Below, piece by piece: positions 50,144 through 64,000 of a DNA stretch of 64,000 nt; position 1 is the first letter of the stretch, and each line of letters starts with the position of its first letter. Source of the stretch: the human T2T-CHM13v2.0 reference genome, Homo sapiens; assembly GCF_009914755.1 (NCBI RefSeq), contig NC_060932.1; one strand, given 5' to 3'. The notes beneath the pieces are model-generated. The model saw only the letters and a program-made list of their open reading frames with translations, was not told the DNA's origin and did not search any database. The translations under genes and the position numbers were made by a program.

Positions 50144-51782
50144 TGGGCTCTGTGTTTGCCCCTGCCTCGAGGTCACTCTGCCCTGACATCACCAACTTCC
50201 TTGCAAGGCCTCAGGCAGGATGGGTGACCTCGCTGAATCTCCATCACTTCATCCCCAAGTGGCAATGGTGACCCCTCCCGCAGGACCCTGCGGCTGGTCA
50301 GTGGGAACGCGTAGCCAGCCTTTTCCCAGGGGCCCGGCACGTGGCCCATGTTGTGTGTCGCCACCCTCATGGACTCCCGAGCCCGGAACAGGACAGTGGG
50401 TGAGGGAGGTGGGAGGTGGAGCCCTCAGGTTCCCCCGACCCAGGGCTGCCCACTGATCCCTCCAGACCCTGTCAGACCCAAGACTGGACTAGGAGGAAGG
50501 CAGGGCTGAGAGAAGACGCCAAGCCTTTTCCAGAAGACAGAAATCAATTCCACGCAGAGATATTCTTGGCTTTTCGTTTAGAGAGCAATAAAATGCTCTG
50601 TGCCTCCCTTCCACCTTCTTCTTGGCAGAAGGCACCAGACAGCCGTGGGCTCTGGCCCCGGGAGCCCGGCCGGCTGGAAGCCTGGCAGTGTGTTAAGGCT
50701 TTTTAATGAAACCGATCTATATCTGTTTGCAGGAGGCAGGGTACAGCCAACTGAGTTCTGCTGTGGTTTCCAGGAGTCAGAGGCTGCAACTGGCTTCCCC
50801 AGTGCCCCGTGGGGCCATGCTTCCTGGCACGGAGGCCCTCCCCATGCCCCGGCCTCTCCCTGCTGCCTGCTGCTGCTGTCTGCAGAAGACATCCCATCTA
50901 CCAGCTCAGAGGAAGGACCCAAGCCCACCTGGCCAACACTCCAAACCACCTGGAGCCTGCAGATGGACAGAAATGCTTCCTGAGTTCCCAGAAAGCGATG
51001 GGCCTTTAAGCAGCGCCTCTGTACACAGCAGTGGCAGGGGATCCCCGTGGGACCCATCTTGCTTCACCTCTCATGTTCTTCCCTGAGCGGCCCCTTCTCT
51101 GGCTCATCCCCCTCCCTCCAGCACCCCCTGGCAGAACACGCTTCCTCCCCCACCATGCTGGCTGTGGGAGAGGTGTTCCGGCATATGGGGAAGGGGGGGC
51201 ATCAGAGAGGCCTGGACTCGAACCCTGGCCTCACCACCTGCCAGCTGCATGATGGGGGCAAGTCCCAGCCCCACCCCAGTTTCAGTCTCACATCCACAGA
51301 ATGAGGACAACACAAGACAGTGCTGCAGGCGGCTGCTGGGCTGAGGACGGCCAAGGGGAGGAGAGTCTCTCGCAGGGGTGGTGCTGCACCCGGGGCTCTG
51401 GTGCTGAAGCTGCACGCCCCATGCCCTCCCCTGCCTGCCACTCCCTGGGCCAGGCCCCTCCGACAGGTCCTGGACACTCACTCTGAGCCCAGCCTTGTGC
51501 TGACTGCCTGGGTGGTTTGGGGGGATAGACTTGAGCCACCTTTGAGGATCTTGAGGCCAGGTGGGGAAGGCAGATCCCTGTCCCATAACAGAGAACAGCA
51601 GGGGGCAAGAGGAGAGCTCTCAGATACAGAGGCCCCCAGCGGCTGAAGGGGAGTGAGGCAGGTGGGGACTCTGTCCCCAGCCCCATGAACCTGTCAGTAA
51701 GAACTCAGCACCGTAAGACAGAGGTCACTTTCTTTATCCCATTCTCCCAGTGCCCTATGCAGTGCCTAGTATGGAGGACTCA

Positions 51783-53232
51783 ACACCATCACCCTAATAC
51801 CTACCATCACCAAGTGTCACCACCACCACCATCCCTACCAGACCAGCCACATCATTATCACCACCATCACCACCACCACAGCACCATCACCATCACCATC
51901 ATCATGGCTGTTACCACCACCATTACCATCACCACCACCATCACCATCACCACCACCACCACTGTCACCATCACCACCACCATCACCATCACCATCACCA
52001 CCACCATCACCATCATCATCACCATCACCACCACCACCACTGTCACCATCACCACCACCATCACCACCATCACCATCACCACCACCATCACCATCACCAC
52101 CATCATCACCATCACCACCACCACCACTGTCACCATCACCACCACCATCACCATCACCATCACCACCACCATCACCATCATCATCACCATCACCACCACC
52201 ACCACTGTCACCATCACTACCACCACCATCATCACCATCACCACCACCATGTCACCATCACCACCACCATCACCATCACCACCACCACCACTGTCACCAC
52301 CACCACCACCACCACCACCATCACATCACCACCATCATCACCATCACCACCACATCACCATCACCACCACCACCACCGTCACCATCACCACCACCATCAC
52401 CATCACCACCACCACTGTCACCACCACCACCACCGTCACCATCACCACCACCATCACCATCACCACCACCACTGTCAGCATCACCACCACCATCACCATC
52501 ACCACCATCATCACCGTCACCACCACCACCACTGTCACCATCACCACCACCATCACCATCACCACCACCATCATCACCACCACCACTGTCACCATCACCA
52601 TCACTATCACCACCACCACCATCACCATCACCATCATCACCATCACCATCACCACCACCATTACCATCATCACCACACCCACCACCACCATCATCACCAC
52701 CATCACCATCTTTGCCACCATCATCATCACCATCATTATCACCACCATCATCACCACCATCATCATCACCACCATCATCACCATCACCACCACCACCATC
52801 ACCATCACCATCATCATGGCTGTCACCACCATCATCACCATCACCACCACCATGACCATCACCATCATCACCATCACCACCACCACCACTGTCACCATCA
52901 CCACCACCATCATCACCACCACCATCACCATCACTATCACCACCACCATCACCACCATCACTATCACCACCACCACCACCATCACCATAATTCCTACCAC
53001 CACCAATACCACCAGCAGCAACCACCATCATTATCACCACCATCATCATGGCTATCACCACTACCATTACCATAACCACCAACACCATCACTATCACCAC
53101 CACCATCACCATCACTGTAACCATCACCACCACCACAACCATCACCATCACCATCACCACCATCACCATCACCATCATCACCACCATCACCATCACTATC
53201 ATCACCATCATCACCACCACCACCACCACCAC
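51783..53232. repeat. (CAC/CAT)n trinucleotide array, ~1.45 kb
   Basis: Continuous accaccatc. It is the source of the poly-Thr/Ile, poly-His and poly-Val/Met ORFs. Confidence 0.98.
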
Positions 53233-53239
53233 AATCAGC

Positions 53240-53410
53240 AGAAGTAACTGTGCCACATGCTTTCACAGGCAATCCTGAGGCATTCCTGGTATTATATTTT
53301 ACAGGAGAGCGCAATGAGGAGCAGAGATTAAGCAATATGCTCGAAGTTGCACACAACTCGTCACTGGCAGAGCTGGGATTAGAACCGGGTTCTGCCTGAC
53401 TCTGGGGACA
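53240..53410 (-). mobile_element. MIR fragment
   Basis: attttacaggagagcgcaatgaggagcagagattaagcaatatgctcgaagttgcacaca...ggcagagctgggattagaacc. Confidence 0.75.
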
Positions 53411-54199
53411 ATCCTCATTTGTTAAGCAAACAATGGCAGCCACTGCTACTCAGCACAATTTCTGAAGCAGGGGCTTTTCTTGGTGAATGAGGACCAGGGT
53501 CAGGGGCTGCCTCAGGGGTCCTGGGGAACACTGTTGCTCTGAGCCACAGGTATTGGAGGGAAAACAGGCTCATTTGCATGCCATTTGCATACAGTTGCTA
53601 AAAGGAGCCACAATTCCCCACCACTTCCAAACTGCTTTGTTCTGCCTTGAAAGGGACCTTCCCACGCACACATACCCATCCCCCAATCACCATAGACACA
53701 GACACCCTGACGTGGGGCGGTGTCCCTCATCACCTCTCTCCGAGGGAGGCAAGTCTCCACTTTCAGCACAGTGCCCACTTCGGGGGTGACCTTGGACAGG
53801 GAACCTCCTCTCTCTGACTGCAGCCCACCCAACTGGAGCAGCCCGGGGTTCCCAGGCCCTCCTAGCTGAGCATGCAAAGATGGAGGGGCAGATTGGACAG
53901 GACAAGGTCCTCTGCAGGGCCGGTGCTCAGGAGGGGCCTGCGGAGGGCAGGAGCTCCCCGCAAGCCCGAGGCATACTGGACAGCTGGCCGTGGACAGCCA
54001 GAACACCTGGACTGGACAGGATGTCAGGTGCTGCCTCCTGGAGACCCCCAGGCAGGTGCCTTGCCCAGCCAGGAGACTCTGGGAGCCTCCTCCCCTGTAG
54101 GCCACCACATTCCACCCACCACTCCCCTCTGCTTCCCTGGCAGCTGCTTGGCTCCGGGACACTGGGCAGCTCCCCTGCCGCTGCAGGGGTCCAGGCTGA

Positions 54200-55590
<1,391 letters not shown>

Positions 55591-57564
55591 TGAGCCACCG
55601 CTTTGCACGGTCCGGCAAGCTCAGGCGAGATACATCCAGCCACAGTCACGCTGCAGCTGAGGCGTGGCACAGCCCACCTTGAACCCAGGTCTGTCTGACT
55701 CTGAAGTTGCTCCTGAGTCACCAAGGACACTCCCAGGTGAGGTGAGGAGGATGGGCACGTTGTCTGAGGACGGGGCCGAGGGGCAGAAGGGCGACAGCAC
55801 CCCAACTCCCGTGACTGCTGTCTCTACCCTTCCCTCAGCTGTGAGCCTGGTATTTATTAGACGCAGCAGATTGATTTAAATCTTTGCCTAGGGTTATTTT
55901 TCTGTTCAGCATTCTCCCAGAGAAGGACTGGTCAAGTGGGCACGGCCAGAGCTTCTGTAGACAGGAAAGGGCACGGTTTCTGGGGTCCCAGGCCTGAGAG
56001 GGCCGAGTTCAGACTGGGTCACCCTCCCTGCCCCCCATACCCCTACAGGCTGTCCTTTACAGCACCTGGAAACACAATTCACATTTACATTTCTCAGCAG
56101 ACTGGGGGAAGAATCTATAACAATCTGATCACGAAAATGAGATTCTCCAGTGTTCTCTGTACCCGCGGACACTGCAGGCAGCTCAGGCCTCAGCAAAATC
56201 CAATTGCTGTTTATTTAACCTGCTTGGCCTCCCAATTAAAAGGCAGCCTCCTTCGCCCCGGACACAGGCCCACGTCCCCCACAAGCAGCCTCTTACAGGG
56301 CTGCCACCCCAGCACCGGCGCAGGCCCCTTCCCCTACCGTTCTGCTACTTCCCTGCCTGCAACGTGGCTGCTCCCAGCTCTCAGGATTAGAATACCGAGT
56401 TGCTAAGAATGCAACTAAGGGGTTCTGGAAGGAGACTTGGTGGCACGCCTTCCCCCGGGGGCACCTAGGGGATGCCTCGTAGCAAACCCTGAAGGCTGTT
56501 GTGGCGAGGAAATTTGGCCCTCAGGAACAGGGCAGTGGTTCAGGGCCTGGTGCACCTTCCCAAACTGGCCCCACCCTGCCCAGGTGCCCTCGGGCCGCAG
56601 AGGCCCAGGACTCACCCTCTGCACTCCCCCAGCCCGCCTCTGCTTGGGCCTGGCTTCCAGGCACAGTTAAGTGTCTCTTCCTCCAGGAAGCCTCCCTTGA
56701 TTCCCTAGAGCCAATGGCTAACTCCTTCCTCCGGTCTCCACAGCCCCGAACCCAGAGCCTGCCACCTGGAAGCCACCTCAGAAAAGCGTGCAACGTCTTA
56801 CCCTGGGGCAGGCCCCTAATTTTACAGGGAAGAAAGTAGAAAAAGTCAAATCATGATTTCAGCACAACTAGCTCAGAGCCTGAGAGCCACAGAAGCACAA
56901 CTGTTTAGAGATGGAAAGAGAGAAGGGAAGGAGGGAAGAAAAGCGAGTCGGGAAGTTGAGGGCCAGATGAGCAAGCATGGGCACTGGGGCCGGGTCTGGC
57001 AGCCCACTCTCAAGGGACTCAGCCCTCCCTGGCCAGGCGTCCTCTGTCCTCCCTTGGGGCATAAACTGGCCGGGGCCCACGGCCAGGGAGGCTGGGTGGG
57101 TTATCAGCTAACCTTGCCCTTTGTTGGCCTTGGATTAACTCAGAAGCCCAAACTCTTTAGCCACCATCTGACCCAGCCTCACTTCTCAGAACCTTGAGCC
57201 CCGTTCCCCTGGAAAGCTTCGATGTGGCCAGAGACCTCTCTGCATGTCTTCATCTCACCCCAGCAGTCGGCTGAGTCCCCCGGGAAAGATCCTGACGCCC
57301 CAGCCTCACCAGTTCCTGGGGGAAGCACAGAGGGCACATGCACTCTGTGATCTGCCTTTACTGAGCACCTACTGCATGCAGAGCTCTGCCTCAGGCACTA
57401 AAGCCCTGCCCCAGAGCTAATGTTCCACAGGGAGGGAGACCACAGGGCAGAGCCTCTGCAGCTGGGTCAGGGAGGGAAGGGAAGGTGAGGGCAGATCTTC
57501 TGATAAGCACATATCTGAGACCTAAGGGGAAGCAGCAAGGCAGGATGCAGAGAGGACAAAGCAG

Positions 57565-58430
57565 TCAGGGAGGGAGGGAGGGAGGAGAGAGGGAGGGGGG
57601 TGGGGAGGGAGGAGAGAGGGAGGAGAGAGACAGGAGGGAGGAAGGGAGGAGGGAAGCAGGAGGGAAGGAGAAAAGAGGGAGGAGGAGGGAGGGTGAGGGA
57701 GGGGAGAGGGAGGGAGGGAGGAGAGAGGGAGGAAGGGAGGAGGGAAGCAGGAGGGAGGGAGGAGAGGAAGAAGGAGGAGGGAGGCAGCAGAAAGGGAGGT
57801 AGGAGGAAAGGAGGAGAGAGGGAGAAGGGAGGGAGGAGACAGGGAGGGAGAGAGGGAGGGAGGAAGAAGGGAAGGAGGAGAGAGGGAAGAGGGAGGAGAG
57901 AAGGAGGAGGGAGGAAGGAAAGAGGGAGGGAGAAAGGTAGGAGGACGGGAGGAGAGAGGGAGGGAGGAGGGAGGGGGAGGGAGGAGAGGAGACAGGGAGG
58001 AGAGAAAGAGGAGGGAGGAAGGAAAGAGGGAAGCAGGAGGGAGGAGAGAGGAAAGGAGGAAGGAGGGAAGAGAGGGGGAGCAGGGAAGGAGAGAGAGAGG
58101 AGGGAGGGAAGGAGGAAAGAGGTAGAAGGGAGGGAGGAGAGAGGGAAGGATGTGGGAGGAAGGAGAGAGGAAGGGAGGGGAGAGGGAGGAGGGAGAGAAG
58201 GGAAGAGGGAGAGAAGGAGAGAGGGAGGAGGGAAGGAAGGAGAGAGAGAGGATAGAGGGAGGGAGGAGGGAAGGAGAGAGGAAGGAGGGATGGAGGAGAG
58301 AGGGAGGAGGGAGGGAGGGAGAGTGGGAGGATGAGGGAGGAGGGATGGAGGAGAGAGGGGGGAGGGAGGGATAGTGGGAGGAGAGAGGAAGGAGGGATGA
58401 AGGAGAGAGGGAGGACCGGGGAGGGAGAGT
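57565..58430. repeat. GA-rich polypurine tract (~865 bp)
   Basis: Almost only G/A (ggaggga/gagaggga variants). Confidence 0.97.
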
Positions 58431-59296
58431 GGTGAACACCTGCTGGGAACTCAGCACATGCTGGGATGCTGGCACTCCCTGCTTTCTGTAGTTATTTGAA
58501 GACTATAGCCGCTCCCACTGCACAGGCGCTGTGATGCCTCAATGCATTGACCCATGTGAGCCCCAGGATGTTCCTGGCGGAGGAAAGATCTGTGAAGGCA
58601 GCATTTCTCCTTGCTCCTCATCCTGGCCACGGCCCCGGGGTGGGGGTGCAGGGGGTTATTATTCTCCTTTAACGATTGCGTTTTCCCGGCCTTCCTGCCA
58701 AACCACGAGCTCCGACAAGGCAGCTCACGGGCATAGAGGGGTCTGAGGCTGCCCTCGCTATACCCAGCAGAGCCTCCTCCAACATGCTACGAGTCTGTCC
58801 TTCAGACCTGCCCTGGGGGCACAGGTCACAGTGCCAGATGCCAGCCAAGTCCAACCTGGGCAGCAGGGCTTATGCCCAGGAGAGTCCTGCCGGCCACAGC
58901 TGCCCAGGGCATCTCCCCAACAGCCACTCCTTCCATCCCACGGCGGGGCCAGCCTGCTCCCAGCCCCATCAACTCTTGCCTGGTGTCCCTCTCACAGGCT
59001 CATGAAGCTGCTCACGCCAACCTGCTCATGGTAACAAGACAAGGCCCAGCCCTCCAGCAGACACCGAAGTCCCCTTCAGGCCTGCGGCGACTCCGTGGTG
59101 GGACAGCAGTCTCTCTACCTCGTCCTTCTTCTTCCAGGTGGCATGGCTGTTTTTAGGCCTTCGTTTGCTCACAAACTTTATAATCAGCCTGCCAAACTCC
59201 TTGAAAAACACTATCAGAATTTTGATTGGAATTGCATTGAGCCTATAGATTTGGGAATTGGCAGCTTTACAAAACCCACTCTTCCTATCCATGAAC

Positions 59297-59320
59297 GTGT
59301 GTGTGTGTGTGTGTGTGTGT
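59297..59320. repeat. (GT)12 microsatellite
   Basis: Direct count. Confidence 0.95.
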
Positions 59321-59460
59321 CCATTTATTTAGAATTTTTTATGTATTGTAATAAAGCTTTATAATTTTCTCCACAAATATTGTCCTCATATTTTGTTATT
59401 TTACACATGGTATTTTTGCTGGTATTATAAATGGTATGTTTTTCAATGCAGCTTACTTAT

Positions 59461-59865
59461 TAATATGGTTTGGATGTGTGTACCCGCCCAAATCTCATGT
59501 CCAACTGTAATCTTCAGTGTTGGAGGCCTGGTGGGAGGTGCCTGGATCATGAGGGCCGGTTTCTCACGGTTTAATGCCATCCCCCTAGTGCTGTCATGGC
59601 GATAGTGAGTTCTCACAAGATCTGGTTGTTTAAAAGTGTGTGGCACCTCCCCCACCTCTCTTGCTCCTGCTCCAGGCATGTAAGACGTGCCTACTTCCCC
59701 TTCGCCTTCCACCATGATTGTAAGTTCCCTGAGGCCTCCCCAGAAGCAGAAGCCGCTATGCTTCCCGTACAGCCTGCAGAACCGTGAGCCAATCACGCCT
59801 CTTTTCTTTATAAATTACCCAGTCTCAGGTATTTCTCTACAGCAAAGCAAGAATGGACTAACACA
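59461..59865 (+). mobile_element. MSTA solo LTR
   Basis: taatatggtttggatgtgtgt...ccaaatctcatgt start, ccatgattgtaagttccctgaggcctcccc core and ggactaacaca end, with a perfect 5-bp TSD CTTAT (59456-59460 and 59866-59870). Confidence 0.95.
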
Positions 59866-62084
59866 CTTATTGACTATGTACGGAAACGCCTTTGATTGTA
59901 ATAACATGTGGACTTTAGACGAGCCACTTCACAAACTCTCTTATAAATTCTACTAATTTGTCCAGGAGTTCTTTTTATGAATAAAGACAGTTGTGTTTCC
60001 TCTTTTCCAGTCTTTACATATGATTGGGTGTCCTTTCTAACTGAGCCCAGCTAGCACCCTCGACTTTCTCTGTTTTTAAAGGAGGGCTCCTCATATCTCA
60101 CCGTGAATGTTCGCTGTTGAGGTTTTGGTAGATAATCCTGGTCAGTTAAGAAAATTCTTGCCTTTCTATTTTGATGAGTCTTAAAAATATGAATGGGTAT
60201 TCAATTGTAACAAATACTTTCTCAGGACGTCTGGAAATGGCAATCATCTGCTTTTTCTTATTTCTTCTATTCCAGTGGGGTGAATTCTATTTATAGGTTT
60301 CCTGTTGATTAAATGAATAAATAAGCAGTGTTAAATCCACTTCCAGCGTAAATCCAACCTGGCGAGGATGCCGTATCTCCAAACACTTCTGGTTGCAGTT
60401 TGCTAGTGTTTTCTTTGGGATCACCACGGTTTAGTTCAAGGGGTGGACTGGCCTCAAACATCCCCTTCTCGTGTGCTTGTTCCTCATCCTATGCGTTTAG
60501 GAATTTCCCCTCTTTTTATTTTTCTTTGGAAGGTTTGTGTAAGACTGGATTTCTTCCTTGAAAGTGGGGTAGAATACGCTTTAAAAATCATCTGGGTTTA
60601 GTGTCTTCACCATGGAAAGAATTTTTCCTACTGATTCAATTTCTTTAAAGAATGACTGAGGCTATTTAGAGTTGATGTTGGCAAAGTGGACTTTTCTAGG
60701 AATCTGTCTATTTTTTAGCTGAGTTTCCCCATGTGTTGGCATGAGATTATCCATGGACTCCTCTTGTTATTTTGAAATGTCTGCTCTTTCTCTCCTGGAC
60801 TGCTGTTGCTAGTAGTTCAACTATTTAAATGGTCCTTCCTAAGAACTGGCTTTGGACTTTGTAGCGCCTTCCATTAAAATTTTAACAAGTTAAAGTTAAA
60901 GTTAACTCTGCTCCTGTCTTTACAAGTTTCTTCCTTCTATTTCTTTGGGTTCATTCTGTTGTTCCTTTACTTAAAAAAAGTCTTTTTAATGTCTATTTTA
61001 ATTTTCAGCTTTCTTTGGTAGTATAAGCATTGAAGGCTACTAAGTTTCATTGAAGTCTCCCACAAATTTTGATATGCAGTATTTTCAATAGTATCCAATC
61101 ATGTCTTTGTACCTAGCTATTAACTTCATATCCCTTAATGATTTCTTCTTTGACCTCTGAGTTATGTAGAACTGTTTTAAAATTTCCAAACATACAATGA
61201 CCTTTTTATTTTTTGCCACCAATATCTAATGGCTGCATTTTTCTAACTGCATTTTCTAGTGATTGAAGTGTTCTACACATTACTGATCTTTTGAAATGTT
61301 TTGACTCTTGCTTTATGACCTAGTCCATGGTCAAAATCTGGAAATATTCCGGTTGTACCTGAGAAAATGAGTGCCCTCTATTTGTGTAGCAGAGGGTTCT
61401 GTAAGCATCCGTGAAGTTCAGCGCTGGTGTTCAAATTTTTAGGTTTCCTGCTGACACTCCCCATCAATCTCTAAAACAACGTGCTGAAACCTTCCGCTGT
61501 CCTGATAGATTCATTGATTTCCTTCTGTAATTCTACCCACTTTTGCTTTATGTATTTTATTAAGTGTAGAAGGGTTTAGGATTTTTCATCCTCCCGATGA
61601 GCTGAACCCATTCTGGAGTGACTCCAGTGTATCCTTAATATATACTTTTTGTCTTAAAGTCCATTTTGTCTAAAATTAACATTGCTACTTAAGCTCTCTT
61701 TTGCATAGCTTTTGACTGGCAAATCTTCACACCTTTCCTTCCAATGCCCCTTTGGTCCTATGTTGGAGTGCCTCTCTTGTCAATAGTAAAGGTGTTATTT
61801 TTTCCTCCAATCTGACAGTCCTTAACTCTGATGAGCCCTTTTAATCTGTCTGCATTTATTTTGCTCACTGGACAGTTCCAAATGCTTCTTTGTGTTCTCG
61901 CCCTGTCCTGCATTTTTCTTCTGTGTTATCTGCTTCTCCTTTTCTTTTTGTTGCATTTTTTGCCTTCTCCTTTCTATTCAACATAGGTTTTTGTTTAATT
62001 GTATTCTTATTCCATTTTTACTGATTTGGAAGTTATATACTCTAATACTCTTAGGTTACCTTAGTCTTCAGTTTCTTATTAACT

Positions 62085-62092
62085 TTCTACTC

Positions 62093-62123
<31 letters not shown>

Positions 62124-63057
62124 AGTTCTATGAAATTTTATCACATATGTAGATTCATGTCACCAGCACCATGTTCAAAATACAAAACTGTCCCACCACC
62201 ACAAGGCTCTCCTGCAGCCTTTTACAACTGCACCCTACCCCACTCCACTTCCCTAACCCTTGACAACCAGCCACCGCTCTGCCCTCCATCCCTGTGATCT
62301 CGCCCTTTTGAGAATGTTACAGAAATGGAGTCACAAAGCATGGCCTTTTCGAGACTGGCTTTTTCATTAAGCACAATGCCTTAAGAACCGTCTGAGTTGC
62401 TGGCATTTCCGAGTGGGCTCCTTTTGTTCCTGGGTAGAACTCCACTGTGTGGCCGTGGCAGTCTGTTCACCTGCTCACCTGCAGAGGCACAGCAGGGCTT
62501 TTCCACTTTGGGGCCATGGCAGATAAAGACACGATGAACATCTGTGTGCAAGTGTTGGTGTGAACATGAGTTTTTCTTTCTCTAGGATAAATGCCCAGGA
62601 GTGAAACTGTTGTGTTGTATAGTAAGTGTTATGTTTACATGTTGAAGAAACTACAAAACTGTTTTTCAGAGTGGCTGTAACATTTGACATGCCCAACAGC
62701 AGTGCATGAGCGAGCCATTTCTCCTCACCCCCGTGCCTCTTGGTCACTTCAGCGGCAGGCAGTGGCATCGCGGTGTGGGCTTAATGTGTATTTCCCTCAT
62801 GGCTACTGCTGTGGGGCATCTTTTCATGAGCCTACTTGCTACCCATATATCTACTTTGGTGAGTGTCGGATCAAATTGTTGTGCACTTTCTGATGGAATT
62901 GTTTTCTTTCAGTTGAAATTAGAGAGCTTTTTATATATTCTGGATACATCCTTCATCAGACATGTGATTTGCAAATATATTCTACTAGTCACTGGCTTCT
63001 CTTTTCATTCCCTTAACAGGATCTCTTGCAGAACAGAAGTTTCCAATTTTGATGAAG
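62085..63057 (-). mobile_element. L1MC-type 3' end inserted in the older L1, containing (TG)13 at 62097-62122
   Basis: agttctatgaaattttatcaca...cccttgacaacc...gagaatgttacagaaatggagtca...ctaggataaatgcccaggagtg is a typical L1MC 3' UTR and ORF2 end in reverse. Confidence 0.8.
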
Positions 63058-64000
63058 GAACCCTTGAGCTTTTTTATGATGTACAGTTACTAGCACAGGC
63101 TAAAATTAATCAATATTTAACTCCCCTGCAAATACAAGGATCTCAGAATATTTGGACAATTCTTCACCTTTAATATACTATCATTGTCCAGTAGTTCCAT
63201 CCTTTGTAAAAAATCTATTCCACAAATTAGACATTCTAGTAATTATGGACTTTTTAAAACCTTAATGAGGATTTGGATTTACTTACACATTTACCAATTT
63301 CTTGGTTCACTATTCTTCTTGCATTACACATACTCTTTCTGGGATTCCAGTCCTTCACCTTGAAGTCCATTTTTTGGAAACCCCTTTTCATGAAGGCCTG
63401 TTGGTGGTAAGCCCTCGCAGTTTTTATTTGGATAGAATGTCTGTATTTTGCCTTTAATCTTGAAAGGTAGTCTTGTCAGTTGCAGAATTCTAAGTTGACA
63501 GCGACTTTCTCTCAATACTTTGTAGATACTACCATTTTCTGGCTTCCTCTGCTGCCAATGTAATGTGAAATGTCGGCAAATTTGTCATCACTTCTCCCTT
63601 CTTTCAAATTGCTTGAGGCTTTCCCTTTCTCTGTGCTGTTCCACAGTTCACCCATGATGTGCCCAGGAAGGTATTTCATGTATGTGTTCAGTATGCTCGT
63701 GCTTCCTGTGTCTGTGGAATCACACATCACATCAACGACCTCTTCACACACTGCTTTCCTCCATTTCACTGATCCTCCTCTTCCGGGACTCCAAGACGAC
63801 ATATGTTGCATCTCTGGTTCTACTCTCCCCATCTCTTCATCTGTCGTAGTTTCTATTTTCTTACCTCTCTTTGCAACATTATTTCTTTAGAAATCTTCGA
63901 GTTTGCTATTACTAACTTCATCTATGTCCAGTATGTTGCTTAACCCATCCACAAAGTTCTTCATTTCTAAAAGCCATACTGATATTTCACAGATCGGCCT

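Larger units (their letters stand above)
59030..64000 (-). mobile_element. Old L1 (L1ME-like) ORF2 to ORF1 on the minus strand, interrupted by MSTA and an L1MC-type 3' end
   Basis: QIYRLNAIPIKILIVFFKEFGRLIIKF (59026-59292) is ORF2-like. CQLRILQLTRLPFKIKGKIQTF (63324-63515) is ORF1-like (QPRISYPAKLSF...GEIK). Confidence 0.82.

Noticed and set aside
51685-53247. 520-aa mucin-like / poly-His ORF
   Set aside because: CAC/CAT triplet repeat artefact.

Overview
This is GC-rich human (primate) genomic DNA with no prokaryotic or viral system. It contains the 3' end of TSNARE1 (8q24.3) on the minus strand. A 107-nt exon at 26005-26111 encodes the tail-anchor C-terminus [32 protein letters not shown] ~17.9-kb last intron follows it, then a terminal exon at ~7847-8083 with AATAAA. 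Everything above 26111 appears to be one large intron, with no further exon recognised. The rest is dense in VNTRs and simple repeats, MaLR LTRs (MSTA/MSTC/MSTD/MLT1), nested L1s, Alus, L2/MIR remnants and a 7SL retropseudogene. Nearly all long ORFs in the track are repeat artefacts. The best leads concern splicing of the transmembrane (TM) exon. (1) The terminal 'UTR' exon is open in the same phase for 67 codons, so skipping the TM exon would give a soluble isoform. (2) The TM exon is bracketed by complementary (GGAU)n and (AUCC)n arrays that could pair and loop it out. (3) YCAY (NOVA-type) clusters lie in and just after the exon. (4) The last intron holds a 2.65-kb array of GUGAGU 5'-splice-site-like motifs. 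Several VNTRs also multiply transcription factor motifs (YY1, MEIS, AP-1, DR1). Gene names and repeat subfamilies come from recall and by-eye comparison, not from database searches.
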